Below, in pieces: positions 9,564 to 19,844 of a stretch of DNA of 64,000 nucleotides; the stretch's first letter is position 1; each line of letters starts with the position of its first letter. The position numbers and the translations under genes are program-made. Where the stretch lies: positions 3,288-67,287 of the forward strand of contig JBEKJO010000002.1 in assembly GCA_050011195.1 (NCBI GenBank), written 5' to 3'. The notes under the pieces are model-generated. The model was not told where the DNA came from. It worked only from the letters and a program-made list of their open reading frames with translations, and made no database searches. Origin of the DNA: Verrucomicrobiota bacterium. GTDB lineage: Bacteria; Verrucomicrobiota; Verrucomicrobiia; Limisphaerales; UBA8199.

Positions 9564-9665
9564 GGGTTGCCTGGTTGCATCGTTACATGGTTGCAAGGCC
9601 CAGTCCCGGGCAACGATGCAACGAGGCAATCATGTAACCAGGCAACTTTGTAACCTGGCAACATC
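9564..9665. repeat. Inverted degenerate repeat element (GGTTGC / GTTACATGGTTGC arms), family C
   Basis: gggttgcctggttgcatcgttacatggttgcaagg faces caacgatgcaacgaggcaatcatgtaaccaggcaactttgtaacctggcaac across a cccagtcccggg loop. It fills the ptsH-gatC spacer. Confidence 0.8.
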
Positions 9666-9676
9666 ATAACCGCCCT

Positions 9677-9964
9677 ATGGCTGCAGTCGAAATTGACGTA
9701 AAGTATGTCGCCCACCTCGCCCGCCTGTCCCTCTCGCCCGAGGAGGAGCGGAAAATCGGCGAGCAATTGGGCAACATCCTCGGCTACATCGAGAAGCTGA
9801 AGGAAGTCGATGTCAGCGGAGTCGAACCGACGGCCCACGCCTTTCCGCTAGTCAACGTGACCCGGCTGGATGAGGTTCGCCCGTCGATCAGCCACGAAGA
9901 CGCCCTCCGCAACGCGCCGGCCCAAGCCAACGGCCTGTTTATCGTCCCGAAGATCGTCGAATAA
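9677..9964 (+). CDS. gatC: Asp-tRNA(Asn)/Glu-tRNA(Gln) amidotransferase subunit C
   Basis: 95 aa with VAHLARLSLSPEE...ILGYIEKL.EVDVSGVEPT, typical GatC. Confidence 0.9.
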   Translation: MAAVEIDVKYVAHLARLSLSPEEERKIGEQLGNILGYIEKLKEVDVSGVEPTAHAFPLVNVTRLDEVRPSISHEDALRNAPAQANGLFIVPKIVE

Positions 9965-10054
9965 GATACAGAGGCCCAGGTTAGCTATCCGCTCCGGAAA
10001 GGCGGCGAGGTTTTCGGGGGGGAGCATTTCCTGCCCTTCCCCGTCTAACCGCTT

Positions 10055-12379
10055 ATGAAAAGATGGACCATTGTGGCGGCTTGGCTCGGTTTGTTTTGGG
10101 CAGTTGCGCCGGCGTTGGGGGCCGGCCTCATCATTGTGGAGGACGCGCATTGGCAGCCAGGGCCAATGCCACCCCCTTTCGTCCCGCCGCGACCGCCGCG
10201 CGCTTTCCCCCCGCCCCGCCCCTACCGCTTCGCCCCGCTGGACGTGAACTACGTCAAGGTCAACACGCGCATTACCGAGCAGGTGGCCGTCACGGCCGTG
10301 GACCAGGAATTCTACAACCCGAATTCAGCGAGGCTTGAAGGCACCTTCGTGTTTCCCGTCCCCAGGGGCGCGCACATTGACAAGTTCACGATGGAAATCG
10401 ACGGCAAACAGGTCGAAGCCGAGCTGCTCCCCGCCGACAAGGCACGGCGGATTTATGAGGACATCGTCCGCAAGCTCAAAGACCCGGCGCTGCTCGAATA
10501 TGCGGGGCGCGACGTGTTCAAGGTCCGCATCTTCCCCATCGAGCCGAACAGCAAGAAACGCATCACCCTCTCCTACACCGAACTCCTCAAGGCGGATGAC
10601 GGCCTCGTCAGCTATGTGCTGCCGCTCAACACGGAGAAATTCTCCGCGAAGCCCATCCGGAACGTCAGCGTGAAGGTCGAGCTGGAAAGCCAGCGTCCGC
10701 TCAAGTCGATCTACTCGCCCAGCCACGCGGTCGAGGTGAAACGGCACAACCCGACCCGGGCGACCGCCAGCTATGAGGCGACCGAGGTTCAGCCGGACAC
10801 GGACTTCGCGCTCTATTTCGCGCCGGAGAAGGACGAGATCGGCGTCAACCTGCTGACTCACCGCCAGAGCGACGAGGACGGCTATTTTCTGCTGCTCGCT
10901 TCGCCGGGTGTGGACGTGAAAGAACAGCAGGTCGTGATGAAGGACATCGCGTTCGTGCTGGACACTTCCGGCTCCATGGCCGGCAAGAAACTGGAGCAGG
11001 CCAGGAAGGCGCTGCAGTTCTGCGTCGAAAACCTGAATGACGGCGACCGCTTCGAGATTATCCGGTTCTCCACCGAGGTCGAGCCGCTCTTCAACCAGCT
11101 CGTCAAGGCCACCGAACAGAACCGCTCCAAGGCCAACGACTTCGTCAGGAACCTCAAACCTATTGGCGCCACGGCGATTGACGACGCGCTGCGCACGGCG
11201 CTGGCGTTGCGGCCAGGCCAGGGCGACCGCCCCTTCGCGGTGATTTTCCTCACGGATGGCCAGCCGACCATCGGCACCACCGATGAAGACCAAATCGTCG
11301 CGAACGTGAAAAAGGAGAGCGACGGCCACACGCGCGTCTTCTGCTTCGGCATCGGCACGGATGTCAACACGCATTTGCTGGACCGGATCACCGAGGACAC
11401 CCGCGCCGTCAGCCAGTACGTCCTGCCCGAAGAGGACCTGGAAGTAAAGGTCTCGAGCTTCTTCTCGAAGATCAAAGAGCCGGTCCTCGCGAATCCCACT
11501 TTGAAGTTCACCGGCGGCATTCGCGCGACCAGGCTCTATCCCTCGCCGCTGCCCGACCTGTTCAAAGGCGAGCAACTGGTATTGGTCGGGCGCTACTCCG
11601 GCCAGGGCGAGGCGGCGGTCATCGTCGAAGGGACCGTGAACGGCGCGGCCAGGAAGTTTGCCTGCGAAGTGAAATTCCCGGAGGAAGCTTCCGAAAACGA
11701 ATTCATCCCGCGTCTGTGGGCCACCCGGCGCGTGGGCTGCCTGCTGGACGAAATCCGGCTGCACGGCGAAAACTCCGAGCTGCGCGACGAAGTGACCGAA
11801 CTGGCGCGCCAGTACAGCATCGTAACGCCTTACACCGCTTACCTGATCCTCGAAGACGAAACCCAGCGCAATGTGCCGATGGCCCTGCGCTCGCTGCAAG
11901 AATTTGGCGGCGACGGCGGCGCGCGCATAGAAGCGAAGAAGGCCTGGAGCGACTTCAAAGATGTGCGTGACGGCGAGAGGGCCGTGGCGGGCGCGCGGTA
12001 CGACTCGGTCTTCAAAGGAGCGGTTGCCGCGGCGCCCACGGCGGCCAATGGCGTTCTCGAATCGCGGCGGGCGCTGGGGCTTTCCACCGTCGCAGGCGCC
12101 ACGCCCGAAGCTTCACCGGCTGACCGCATCAAAGAGCGGCTGGTTCAGTATTCGCAGCAGGCGCAGTTCGTCGCCGGCAAGAGCTTCTTCCAGAACGACC
12201 AGCAATGGATTGACTCCGCCGTCCAGAAGCATCCGAACGCCCAACACGTGCGCATCCACTTCGGCTCGGCGGAATACTTCGCCTTGGTCGCGCAGAAGCC
12301 CAACGCGCTGCCCTGGCTGGCGCTGGGGCAAAACGTGCAGTTCGTTTTGGATCACACGGTCTATGACATTTACGAGTAA
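10055..12379 (+). CDS. Secreted VIT-domain plus von Willebrand factor A-domain protein
   Basis: Signal peptide. VIT-like VKVNTRITEQVAVTAVDQEFYNP...FVFPVP. vWA MIDAS motif VLDTSGSMAG. Confidence 0.85.
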   Translation: MKRWTIVAAWLGLFWAVAPALGAGLIIVEDAHWQPGPMPPPFVPPRPPRAFPPPRPYRFAPLDVNYVKVNTRITEQVAVTAVDQEFYNPNSARLEGTFVFPVPRGAHIDKFTMEIDGKQVEAELLPADKARRIYEDIVRKLKDPALLEYAGRDVFKVRIFPIEPNSKKRITLSYTELLKADDGLVSYVLPLNTEKFSAKPIRNVSVKVELESQRPLKSIYSPSHAVEVKRHNPTRATASYEATEVQPDTDFALYFAPEKDEIGVNLLTHRQSDEDGYFLLLASPGVDVKEQQVVMKDIAFVLDTSGSMAGKKLEQARKALQFCVENLNDGDRFEIIRFSTEVEPLFNQLVKATEQNRSKANDFVRNLKPIGATAIDDALRTALALRPGQGDRPFAVIFLTDGQPTIGTTDEDQIVANVKKESDGHTRVFCFGIGTDVNTHLLDRITEDTRAVSQYVLPEEDLEVKVSSFFSKIKEPVLANPTLKFTGGIRATRLYPSPLPDLFKGEQLVLVGRYSGQGEAAVIVEGTVNGAARKFACEVKFPEEASENEFIPRLWATRRVGCLLDEIRLHGENSELRDEVTELARQYSIVTPYTAYLILEDETQRNVPMALRSLQEFGGDGGARIEAKKAWSDFKDVRDGERAVAGARYDSVFKGAVAAAPTAANGVLESRRALGLSTVAGATPEASPADRIKERLVQYSQQAQFVAGKSFFQNDQQWIDSAVQKHPNAQHVRIHFGSAEYFALVAQKPNALPWLALGQNVQFVLDHTVYDIYE

Positions 12380-12386
12380 GTTGGAA

Positions 12387-12806
12387 CTAATCCGGATACA
12401 CGAACTCGACCGGTGTGTGGAGCTCGGGATGCAGGCTTTGTTTGACCGGGCAGGCTTTGGCGGCAGCTTCCAATTTGGCACGATCGGCAGCGGATAACGG
12501 TTTGCCTCGGGGGAAGACCAACCGGGTCTTGAGCGCGCCAATGCGACGGACCGGCGCAGCGGCCATCTCCTTGATGACCTGGACCTGGAGGCCGTCGAGG
12601 TTCAAGTTGTTCCGCTCTGCCACCAGTCCCATGATCGTCGCCATGCAGGCGCCCAGCGCCGTCGCCACCAGGTCCGTAGGCGAAAAGGCAGCGCCCTTGC
12701 CGCCATTATCCACCGGTGCGTCGGTGGTTAAGGTTTGCCTGGACGGTCCATGTATGGCGGTGCAGTGAAGCCCGCCTTCGTAAGTGAGGTTGATTTCAAC
12801 GGCCAT
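12387..12806 (-). CDS. OsmC/Ohr family peroxiredoxin-like protein
   Basis: 139 aa with FSPTDLVATALGACM and ...AAKACPV, the two conserved Cys regions of the OsmC family. Confidence 0.87.
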   Translation of the reverse strand: MAVEINLTYEGGLHCTAIHGPSRQTLTTDAPVDNGGKGAAFSPTDLVATALGACMATIMGLVAERNNLNLDGLQVQVIKEMAAAPVRRIGALKTRLVFPRGKPLSAADRAKLEAAAKACPVKQSLHPELHTPVEFVYPD

Positions 12807-12964
12807 AATAAGCTAAAGGATCAAGTTTGCGCCGCACTATAGGGCCGTGGGCGCCCTTTTCAAAGCCCGCATTTGGCGTCTGCCCTCCCCACCTTCCGGC
12901 GCGCCGGCGGAACCTCGACGGGAGGCTCGACAATTCTCCCCCGCCGCGCAACACTGCCCGACCG

Positions 12965-13573
12965 ATGGCCACTAACGCCGATGCTCCGCTCGACCTGCTC
13001 TGGAAGGAATACAGCCTGGGCTTCCGCGACTTCGACGATTTGACGCTCGCGCGCTGGCTGGCCCAAACGCTCGGCCAGCTTGCGGGCAAAACCTGGCGGC
13101 TCTCGCATCCGCTGCTCGGCGCCCACCGCCTGGCCGCGCAGTTGGCCCACGAGCGCCAGATCTGGCTCCAGCGCCTGGTCACGCCCCCGCCCGCCTATTC
13201 CGAATCGCCTTGCTGCCGCGCGCCGATGCTGCCGCTGCTCACGCGGGACGTGCATGAGGCCGGGTTGATTTGCCAGCATTGCAGCGAAACGCTCGTCCCA
13301 TTCGACGATCTCCCCGCGACCCTGCAAGCCGGCTTCGCGGCCTGGGCGGCCGAGTATGGCCCTGTCCATGCCGTCGCCCACTGGGACGACCGCCAGCGCA
13401 AAGCCGCCGGGGACTACGACCACGCCTACGAAAACGCCGCTGAAGAAGCCGAGCGACTGCTCGCCCAAGCCGGTCGCCAGCTTGCGCCCCAGTTGCTCGA
13501 GTTCTATGCCGCTGTGGTCTGGGAAGACCAGGACGAGTGCCTCGAAGTGCGGCCCGAGGACGTGCAACTCTGA
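12965..13573 (+). CDS. Hypothetical protein (possible Cys-cluster metal site)
   Basis: ORF with coding-like third-position GC. Start taken at ATG 12965. Contains CC...CQHC. No family recognised. Confidence 0.45.
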   Translation: MATNADAPLDLLWKEYSLGFRDFDDLTLARWLAQTLGQLAGKTWRLSHPLLGAHRLAAQLAHERQIWLQRLVTPPPAYSESPCCRAPMLPLLTRDVHEAGLICQHCSETLVPFDDLPATLQAGFAAWAAEYGPVHAVAHWDDRQRKAAGDYDHAYENAAEEAERLLAQAGRQLAPQLLEFYAAVVWEDQDECLEVRPEDVQL

Positions 13574-13589
13574 CTCCTCGTCTTAACCT

Positions 13590-15167
13590 TTACTCACTGG
13601 CGCGCCCCGTGAAGCCCGCCAGCAACACTACGATCGTGTCCAGGTCGCCGCGCGCGGGGCGGCTTTCGTAGTAGCGATTGACCATCAGGGAGAAGACCAG
13701 AGGCTCCCCGGCAGCCGTGGTGACATAGCCTGAAATCGTGTTCGCCCAGCGGAGGGTCCCGGTCTTGGCGCGCGCGTTCCCGGCGGCCGGGGTGCCGGTC
13801 ATCCGGCTCTTGAGCGTGCCGTCCACCCCCGCAATCGGCAGCGCCTCGAGATAGGCTTGAGCGCATTTGTGCCGGTGCATGAACTCGAGCAAGGTCACTG
13901 TCGCGTTGGGCGTCGTCAGATTGTCCCGTGAAAGGCCGGAGCCTTCCTTGAATATCACCTCGCCCCGCTTGACGCCGGCCTCGGTCAGGAATTTGTTCAG
14001 CTCGCGAATCCCGAGGTCTTCCGAAGTCTCGTCGGCGGGCGTGTCGGCCGTCCGCGCCTGCTCGCCGACCTGCGCCAGCAACAAGTCGGCGTAGAGGTTT
14101 TGCGAGGGCTTCTCCACTGCGCGCGCCAGGTCTCGCACCGGCAGCGATGCCACCGAGCCCAACTCGACCAACTGGTCGCGGTCGAGGGGCTGCGCCTCCC
14201 GGTCAAGCCAATTCATGGTCCGCAGCTTGCCGGTGACTTTGATTCCCTGGCGCGCCAGCGCCTGTTTGAACCATGAGACAAACAGACCCGCCGGATTGTG
14301 CAGGGTGACCTCATTAGTGTAGCCGGCGTCGTCAATCGGCATTTGGCCGGAGACGTAAATCAGGTTTTGGCCGAGCGGATGGTAGAGATGAATCTTGCGC
14401 GTCGCGCCCTTTTCCACCGTCTCGGTCCGGTTGCTGAACGTGAGCCAGGCGGTGGCGGGCTGCAGCGCCAGTTGGCACGGCGCGCCCGCGCGCGGCCCGG
14501 GCTTGACCGTGGCTTGCACCGTGTTGTCATTGATGGTGAGGGCCGAAATCTCCGCGCCGTAGTAATACTCCAGATCATCCCACATCCAGCCCGACCCGAA
14601 GGGCGGGCCGTGGAAGTAGCTTTCGTCGCCCACCAGGTCGCCGGCGATTCGTTTCACCCCGGCGTTGGTCAGGGCGCAAACGAGCGGTTCGAGCGCCTGG
14701 TAAACATCGTTCCCGTGCAGGCGCGCGTTGATGGTCGGATCGCCCCGGCCATAGACAATCAAATCGCCTTTGAGCGTCCCCGCCCGGTTGGGTCTGGCTT
14801 GGGCGTAAAGGGAGGTTTTGATCCGGTAATCGGCCCCCAGCCGGTCCAGGGCCAGGGCGACGGTGTAGAGCTTGGAGTTCGAGGCTGGGCTGAACAGCTT
14901 CTGCGGATTCTGTTCAAACACGGTCTTGCCGCTATCGAGCGAGACGATCTTCACGCCCCACAGGGCGGCGGCGTACTTCGGCTGCCCGATGTGTTCGGCC
15001 AACTGTTGCCGCAGCTCGGCCAGCGTCGCCGGGGGCTTTTGCTGCTGGGCCAGAGTGCTGCCGACGTACAGGCCGGCCAGAGCGATCGGCAACCATAATG
15101 CTTTTCGGTGCGCGACCCTGCGCCAAAAAGAGACGCGCGCTTGGGAAACTTGGGTTTTCGGAGCCAC
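13590..15167 (-). CDS. dacB: D-alanyl-D-alanine carboxypeptidase/endopeptidase (PBP4, peptidase S13)
   Basis: PASNSKL (SxxK), GSGLSRDN and KTGTL motifs. GTG start, so the N-terminus is uncertain. Confidence 0.87.
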   Translation of the reverse strand: MAPKTQVSQARVSFWRRVAHRKALWLPIALAGLYVGSTLAQQQKPPATLAELRQQLAEHIGQPKYAAALWGVKIVSLDSGKTVFEQNPQKLFSPASNSKLYTVALALDRLGADYRIKTSLYAQARPNRAGTLKGDLIVYGRGDPTINARLHGNDVYQALEPLVCALTNAGVKRIAGDLVGDESYFHGPPFGSGWMWDDLEYYYGAEISALTINDNTVQATVKPGPRAGAPCQLALQPATAWLTFSNRTETVEKGATRKIHLYHPLGQNLIYVSGQMPIDDAGYTNEVTLHNPAGLFVSWFKQALARQGIKVTGKLRTMNWLDREAQPLDRDQLVELGSVASLPVRDLARAVEKPSQNLYADLLLAQVGEQARTADTPADETSEDLGIRELNKFLTEAGVKRGEVIFKEGSGLSRDNLTTPNATVTLLEFMHRHKCAQAYLEALPIAGVDGTLKSRMTGTPAAGNARAKTGTLRWANTISGYVTTAAGEPLVFSLMVNRYYESRPARGDLDTIVVLLAGFTGRASE

Positions 15168-15226
15168 GCCGCCAATCTAAAGGATCGTCTCCGATTGGGC
15201 AAGGAGCGATTGCCCCGGGCCGTGCC

Positions 15227-15259
15227 AAATCCGAAATCCGAAGTCCGAAGTCCGAATCC
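15227..15259. repeat. Heptamer tract (ATCCGAA/GTCCGAA; complement of TTCGGAT), family D, intergenic copy
   Basis: aaatccgaaatccgaagtccgaagtccgaatcc read directly. Confidence 0.8.
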
Positions 15260-15798
15260 ACAGCTACCACAGCGCAGTAGCAGCCCATCGGACTAACCCA
15301 TTCTCGGATCGCAGGTCGGGCCGAAACTCCCGGGCCAGTAGGCGAGCTTATCCAATTGGAGCTGCCGTTGCGGTTCCCGTTGCCGTTCTTCAGCCGCTAA
15401 ATGGACTTCTGCGGGTGTAGGCTGCCAAGGCCGGCGCTGATGAGGCCAGGGGCGACTTAAGGTAAATGACTCACCCAGTGGGCGTAGTGCCGCAGTTGGG
15501 CTGAGTCCGGTTCTGGTGAGCGTTTTTGGGAACTTGAACCTGGAGGGAGAGGGCAGGGTCAGGGTTTTGGTCGAGGATGGCGTCGGCATTAGGAGTGCTG
15601 ATGTGGAGAGGGGAGGCACCAATGGGCGGTGCTGGCTTCGTTCGTGCAATCACCACTGGCCCTGGACCGCTGCATTCTCTTCCCCGGGAGAGAATGCCCC
15701 GATTGGGCGACACGCCCTCAGGATGGCCCCGCTCAACGCAGGGGCCAGTCGTCGTGGTCGGAAATCAGGGCAGGGAGTCGATTTGGGCCAGACCAATA

Positions 15799-17862
15799 TC
15801 AATTTCGCTGCAACGGGGCGTCGAGACACTCACGGACGAATTGTGCCAGTTTGCCAATCGAGTAGGGCTTGGGGAGGAAGTTTCGCCCTTCCAGGAGGGA
15901 AGCATCCTTGCCCGCCATGCCGGGACCGTAGCCGCTGGTGTAAATCACCTTGAGGCGGGGAGATTGACGTGAGAGGCGTTCCGCCAGGTCGCTGCCCATG
16001 AGGCCGCCCGGCATGACCATGTCGGTCAGCAACAAGTCAACCGGGCGGGTGGCTTGTTCCCACACCTCGAGGGCATGGGGGCCGGAGGCAGCCGCCAGCA
16101 CGGTATAACCCTGGATCTTGAGAACCTGAACCACCATTTCGCGCAAGGTGTCTTCATCTTCGGCCACGAGGATGGTTTCGCGACCGCTGCGCAGAGTGGT
16201 ATCGGCCACCAGTTCCGTTTTCTCGGCCGCTTGCCGGCTGGCCGGAAAATAGATTCGAAAGGTGGTGCCTTGGTTGAGTTTGCTTTCCACCTCGAGCCAG
16301 CCCTGGTGCTGCCGGACAATACCGAAAACCGTGGACAAGCCTAAGCCGGTGCCCTTCCCGACAGCCTTGGTGGTAAAGAACGGCTCGAAGATCCGGCTCA
16401 GGACCTCCGTGTCCATCCCGGTGCCATTGTCGCGGAAAGTCAGGCAAATGTATTCCCCGTCCCGGCGCTCCGGGTCCATCGGAGTGGGCGCGCGGTGAAT
16501 GGTCTCGAGCGAGGTGGTGATGGAAACCCGCCCGCCATTGGGCATGGCATCGCGGGCGTTGACCGCGAGGTTCATGGCGATTTGTTCCACCATGCTGCTG
16601 TCGGCGTGGATGGCGGGAATCGGGCTCTGGGGACGGAAGTCGATCTGCACGTGTTCGCCCACCAGCCTTTCGAGCATTTTAATGGCGTTGCGCAAGGTGT
16701 CGTTGAGGTCCAGATGCCGGAATTGCATCACCTGCTTGCGGCTGAACATCAGGAGTTGGCGGATGAGCGTGGCGGCACGGGCCGCCGCGCTGGTGATCTG
16801 CTCCACCGATTTCTTTTGGGGACTGCCGGAGTCCACTTTCTGTTGCAGCAGGCCGGCGTGCCCCTGGATGACCGTGAGGATGTTGTTGAAATCGTGGGCC
16901 ACCCCGGCGGCCAGTTGACCGATGGCCTCCATCTTCTGGGCCTGGCGCAGTTGGCGCTCCAGCAAAGCCCGCTGGGAAATGTCCTGGGCCAGCAGCAGCA
17001 CGTGGGGCTGTCCGCCCAGGGCGATCGGGGAGAGCGATACGTGGACCTCGATCAGCGCGCCGGTCTGGTTGCGGAGCTTGGCCTCCTGATCCCGCACCAA
17101 CTGCTGCCGTGCCAAACCCTCATACCACAGATCGGACACCTCAGGTTTTTCCCACAAGAACAACTCGGCCGGGGTGCGGCCAATCATCTCCTCGCGTTTG
17201 TGCCCGCTGACCTGGGCGAGGCGTTGATTCACGTCCACAAAACGTTGATCGGGAAAGCTCAGGATGCCGCTGGGAAGGGGACTTTCGTGAAAGGCCTTGG
17301 AGAAGCGCTCTTCGGACAAGGCGAGTGATTCGTTGGCCTGCGCCAGTTCCGCCATTTGGAGACGGGCCTGGAAGTTGAGGAGCCACTTTTTGGTCAAGGC
17401 GTGGGCGAGTTGCTGCACTTCGATGTTGTCAAACGGCTTCTTGAGGACGAGCAGGCTGTCGGGTTGGCCGACTTTGGCCCGCATTTGCTCCCACGAATAA
17501 TCCGCGTAGGCGGTGCAAACGACGACCTGGAGTTCGGGATCCACTTCCCAGATGCGCGCGATGGTTTCAACACCATCCCAACCGGGCGGCATCCGCACGT
17601 CCACGAAGGCCAGGGCATAAGGCCGATTCTCCGCCAGCGCCCGCTTCACCATCTCGAAACCCTCCTGGCCTTGGTAAGCGGAGTCCAACTCAAAACTCAT
17701 CTCATCCGGCTCGTCTTCATCGAACAGGACCGCTTCCATTTCATTCGCCGCAGCCTCGTCCGAGTTGTCCGGACAGAGGATATTCCGGAAGTCAGCGTGG
17801 ATGCTGGTGTTGTCGTCAACGATCAGGATGCGACGGTTGGGTTTAAGGTCGGTGCTTTTCAT
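15799..17862 (-). CDS. Hybrid sensor histidine kinase with N- and C-terminal receiver domains (REC-PAS-HisKA-HATPase-REC)
   Basis: N-terminal REC (ILIVDDN...DVRMP). H-box AAGVAHDFNNIL. N/G boxes NLAVNARDAM and GTGLGLS. C-terminal REC (ILVAEDE...DMVMPG). Confidence 0.9.
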   Translation of the reverse strand: MKSTDLKPNRRILIVDDNTSIHADFRNILCPDNSDEAAANEMEAVLFDEDEPDEMSFELDSAYQGQEGFEMVKRALAENRPYALAFVDVRMPPGWDGVETIARIWEVDPELQVVVCTAYADYSWEQMRAKVGQPDSLLVLKKPFDNIEVQQLAHALTKKWLLNFQARLQMAELAQANESLALSEERFSKAFHESPLPSGILSFPDQRFVDVNQRLAQVSGHKREEMIGRTPAELFLWEKPEVSDLWYEGLARQQLVRDQEAKLRNQTGALIEVHVSLSPIALGGQPHVLLLAQDISQRALLERQLRQAQKMEAIGQLAAGVAHDFNNILTVIQGHAGLLQQKVDSGSPQKKSVEQITSAAARAATLIRQLLMFSRKQVMQFRHLDLNDTLRNAIKMLERLVGEHVQIDFRPQSPIPAIHADSSMVEQIAMNLAVNARDAMPNGGRVSITTSLETIHRAPTPMDPERRDGEYICLTFRDNGTGMDTEVLSRIFEPFFTTKAVGKGTGLGLSTVFGIVRQHQGWLEVESKLNQGTTFRIYFPASRQAAEKTELVADTTLRSGRETILVAEDEDTLREMVVQVLKIQGYTVLAAASGPHALEVWEQATRPVDLLLTDMVMPGGLMGSDLAERLSRQSPRLKVIYTSGYGPGMAGKDASLLEGRNFLPKPYSIGKLAQFVRECLDAPLQRN

Positions 17863-19844
17863 GTTTTGCCTTGTGTTACGAGGGGTTCTTCCTGCGGGGC
17901 GGCTACGGCCACCGGCAATTCGAGAGTAAACTCGGCCCCTTGGCCGGGGCCGCCGCTGTGGGCCGTGAGGGTGCCGCCCATTTCTTTGGCGGCGTTGGCA
18001 CCGCTATGGAGGCCGAAACCGTGCCCGTCCTTCTTGGTGGTGAAACCGTGGTTGAAAATCCGGGTCAGGTTCTCCGGGGCAATCCCGACACCATTGTCGC
18101 AGACGGTGATCTTGACCCGCTCGGGAGACGCCATCCCCACGCGGATGACGAGTCGTTTGTCGTTCCCGCTCCGGGCGGCCATGGCATACTTGGCGTTGCG
18201 GAGAAGGTTGATGAGAATCTGCAACACCTTGTGCCGGTCCACACAGACTGCCGGCAGGTTTTCATCAAACTCCCGAATCAGTTCGATGTGGTGCCGGTCA
18301 AAGGCCGCGGCATTGAGCCGCAGGGCATCTTCGACCAATCCGGTTACGGCCAGAGTTTCATAGACGCCGGACACCTTGGCATAGCTTTGCTGCATGGCCA
18401 CAATCTCCTTAATGTGTTCGATGTGCTGGCCGACTGTGGTCATTAGCGTGATCAATTTGGTCTGCTCGCCGGCCAACTGGTCGGCCACCGTGCCGAGATA
18501 CGCGGGCAGGACTTTGCCTTTCGGGTCGGTGGTCAGGAATTCCACCAGGCGGCCGTTTTGCTCGCGCAGGAGGGCGGTGGCCTGGCGCAACTTATCCACC
18601 TTGGAGCGCCGCAGCCGGTCGGCCACCAGCGTGGCGGAAACACTGACGCTGTTGAGCACATTGCCGACATTGTGCAGCACGCCCGTGGCCACTTCGGCCA
18701 TGCCCGCCTGGCGCGAGGTGGTCATCAACTGCCGGTTGAGCTTGTCCAGTTTCTCCGTGTCCAACTTGTGCCGGGTAATATCCTGGAAGATGCCCCGCAT
18801 GGCGACGGGTTGGCCTTTCTCCACCAGCACCGTGCCGCTCTCCCGAATCCACACCGTCCGGCCATCGGCGGCCATCATCCGGTATTCGTACCTGTAGGGC
18901 TCGCGACCGGCCGCCAGGTCGTGGCCGGTCTGGATGGCCTTGGCGGCGTCTTGCGGCTCCAGTTTCTCCTCCCACAAGCCGGGCGTGTCCAGCCACGCCT
19001 GAGGTTCATAACCGAGAATGTCTTTGCTTTGGCGGCTGATAAAGGTGAACCGGGTTCTATCCGGCGTGCATTCCCAGACGATGCCATCAATCGAGTTAAT
19101 CAACGCTTCCATTTTCTGTTGCGAGAAACTGAGCGCGGCATCCTGGCTCTGAATGCGGCTGAGCATCTCGTTGAAAGACTCCGTCAGCCGGCCCAGTTCG
19201 TCGCCCCGGCTGCTCACGACCGCCCGTACCGAGTAGTCCTTTTTCTCACCGACCACCTGGGCGGTCCGCGCCAACTGGAGAATGGGACCCGTAATCCGGC
19301 GTCCCAGCCGGCTGGAAAGGAACGCCGCCAGAATGAAGGACACAATCACGATGCCCACCACGACCAGCCCGTAAAAGCGGAGCAGTGCCAGAAAGGTTCG
19401 CTGGTAGTCCGACCGCAGGTAAAGCGTGCCCACCTGTTCCCCCTTCCACGTGACCGGCTGGGTGACCAACAGGTGTCCGCCGGTGAAACGGTATCCTCGC
19501 GGGGGCGGAAACTGCGACAGCGTTTTGGCATCCTCCGGCTTGCCGAAGTGAGCGAACAAGGAGCCGTCCGGCAAAGCCAGGCAGGCCGCCAGCACGGTGG
19601 GTTTGGCCTGGAGGGAACGCACCACCTCAGTCGCGGCTTCCTCATCCTTGAAACTCATTGCGGCGGTGCTGTTGTTGGCGATGACGGCCGCCAGCGTGGC
19701 GGTGTCGCGCTGGAAGTTGGAGCGGAAGTTCAGGACCTGGAAGGTGAAGAGCGCAACGATGGCCACGCAGAGGACCGCCCCGCAGATGAGCAGGGTCATC
19801 ACGAGCATCTTCTGTTGCAGGGGGAGGTCGCGGGATGGCTTCAT
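17859..19844 (-). CDS. Membrane sensor histidine kinase (periplasmic domain-TM-HAMP-PAS-kinase core)
   Basis: Two TM segments flank a roughly 140-aa periplasmic region. HAMP (ELGRLTESFNEM), PAS, H-region ATGVLHNVGNVLNS, NLLRNAKYAM and GHGFGLH. Its stop overlaps the downstream start (ATGA). Confidence 0.88.
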   Translation of the reverse strand: MKPSRDLPLQQKMLVMTLLICGAVLCVAIVALFTFQVLNFRSNFQRDTATLAAVIANNSTAAMSFKDEEAATEVVRSLQAKPTVLAACLALPDGSLFAHFGKPEDAKTLSQFPPPRGYRFTGGHLLVTQPVTWKGEQVGTLYLRSDYQRTFLALLRFYGLVVVGIVIVSFILAAFLSSRLGRRITGPILQLARTAQVVGEKKDYSVRAVVSSRGDELGRLTESFNEMLSRIQSQDAALSFSQQKMEALINSIDGIVWECTPDRTRFTFISRQSKDILGYEPQAWLDTPGLWEEKLEPQDAAKAIQTGHDLAAGREPYRYEYRMMAADGRTVWIRESGTVLVEKGQPVAMRGIFQDITRHKLDTEKLDKLNRQLMTTSRQAGMAEVATGVLHNVGNVLNSVSVSATLVADRLRRSKVDKLRQATALLREQNGRLVEFLTTDPKGKVLPAYLGTVADQLAGEQTKLITLMTTVGQHIEHIKEIVAMQQSYAKVSGVYETLAVTGLVEDALRLNAAAFDRHHIELIREFDENLPAVCVDRHKVLQILINLLRNAKYAMAARSGNDKRLVIRVGMASPERVKITVCDNGVGIAPENLTRIFNHGFTTKKDGHGFGLHSGANAAKEMGGTLTAHSGGPGQGAEFTLELPVAVAAPQEEPLVTQGKT

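Noticed and set aside
15293-15649. 118-aa minus-strand ORF in the dacB/kinase spacer.
   Set aside because: The translation is P/S/T-rich with no recognisable motif, and overlapping ORFs occur in other frames. It is kept only as part of the 'gene-free region' finding.
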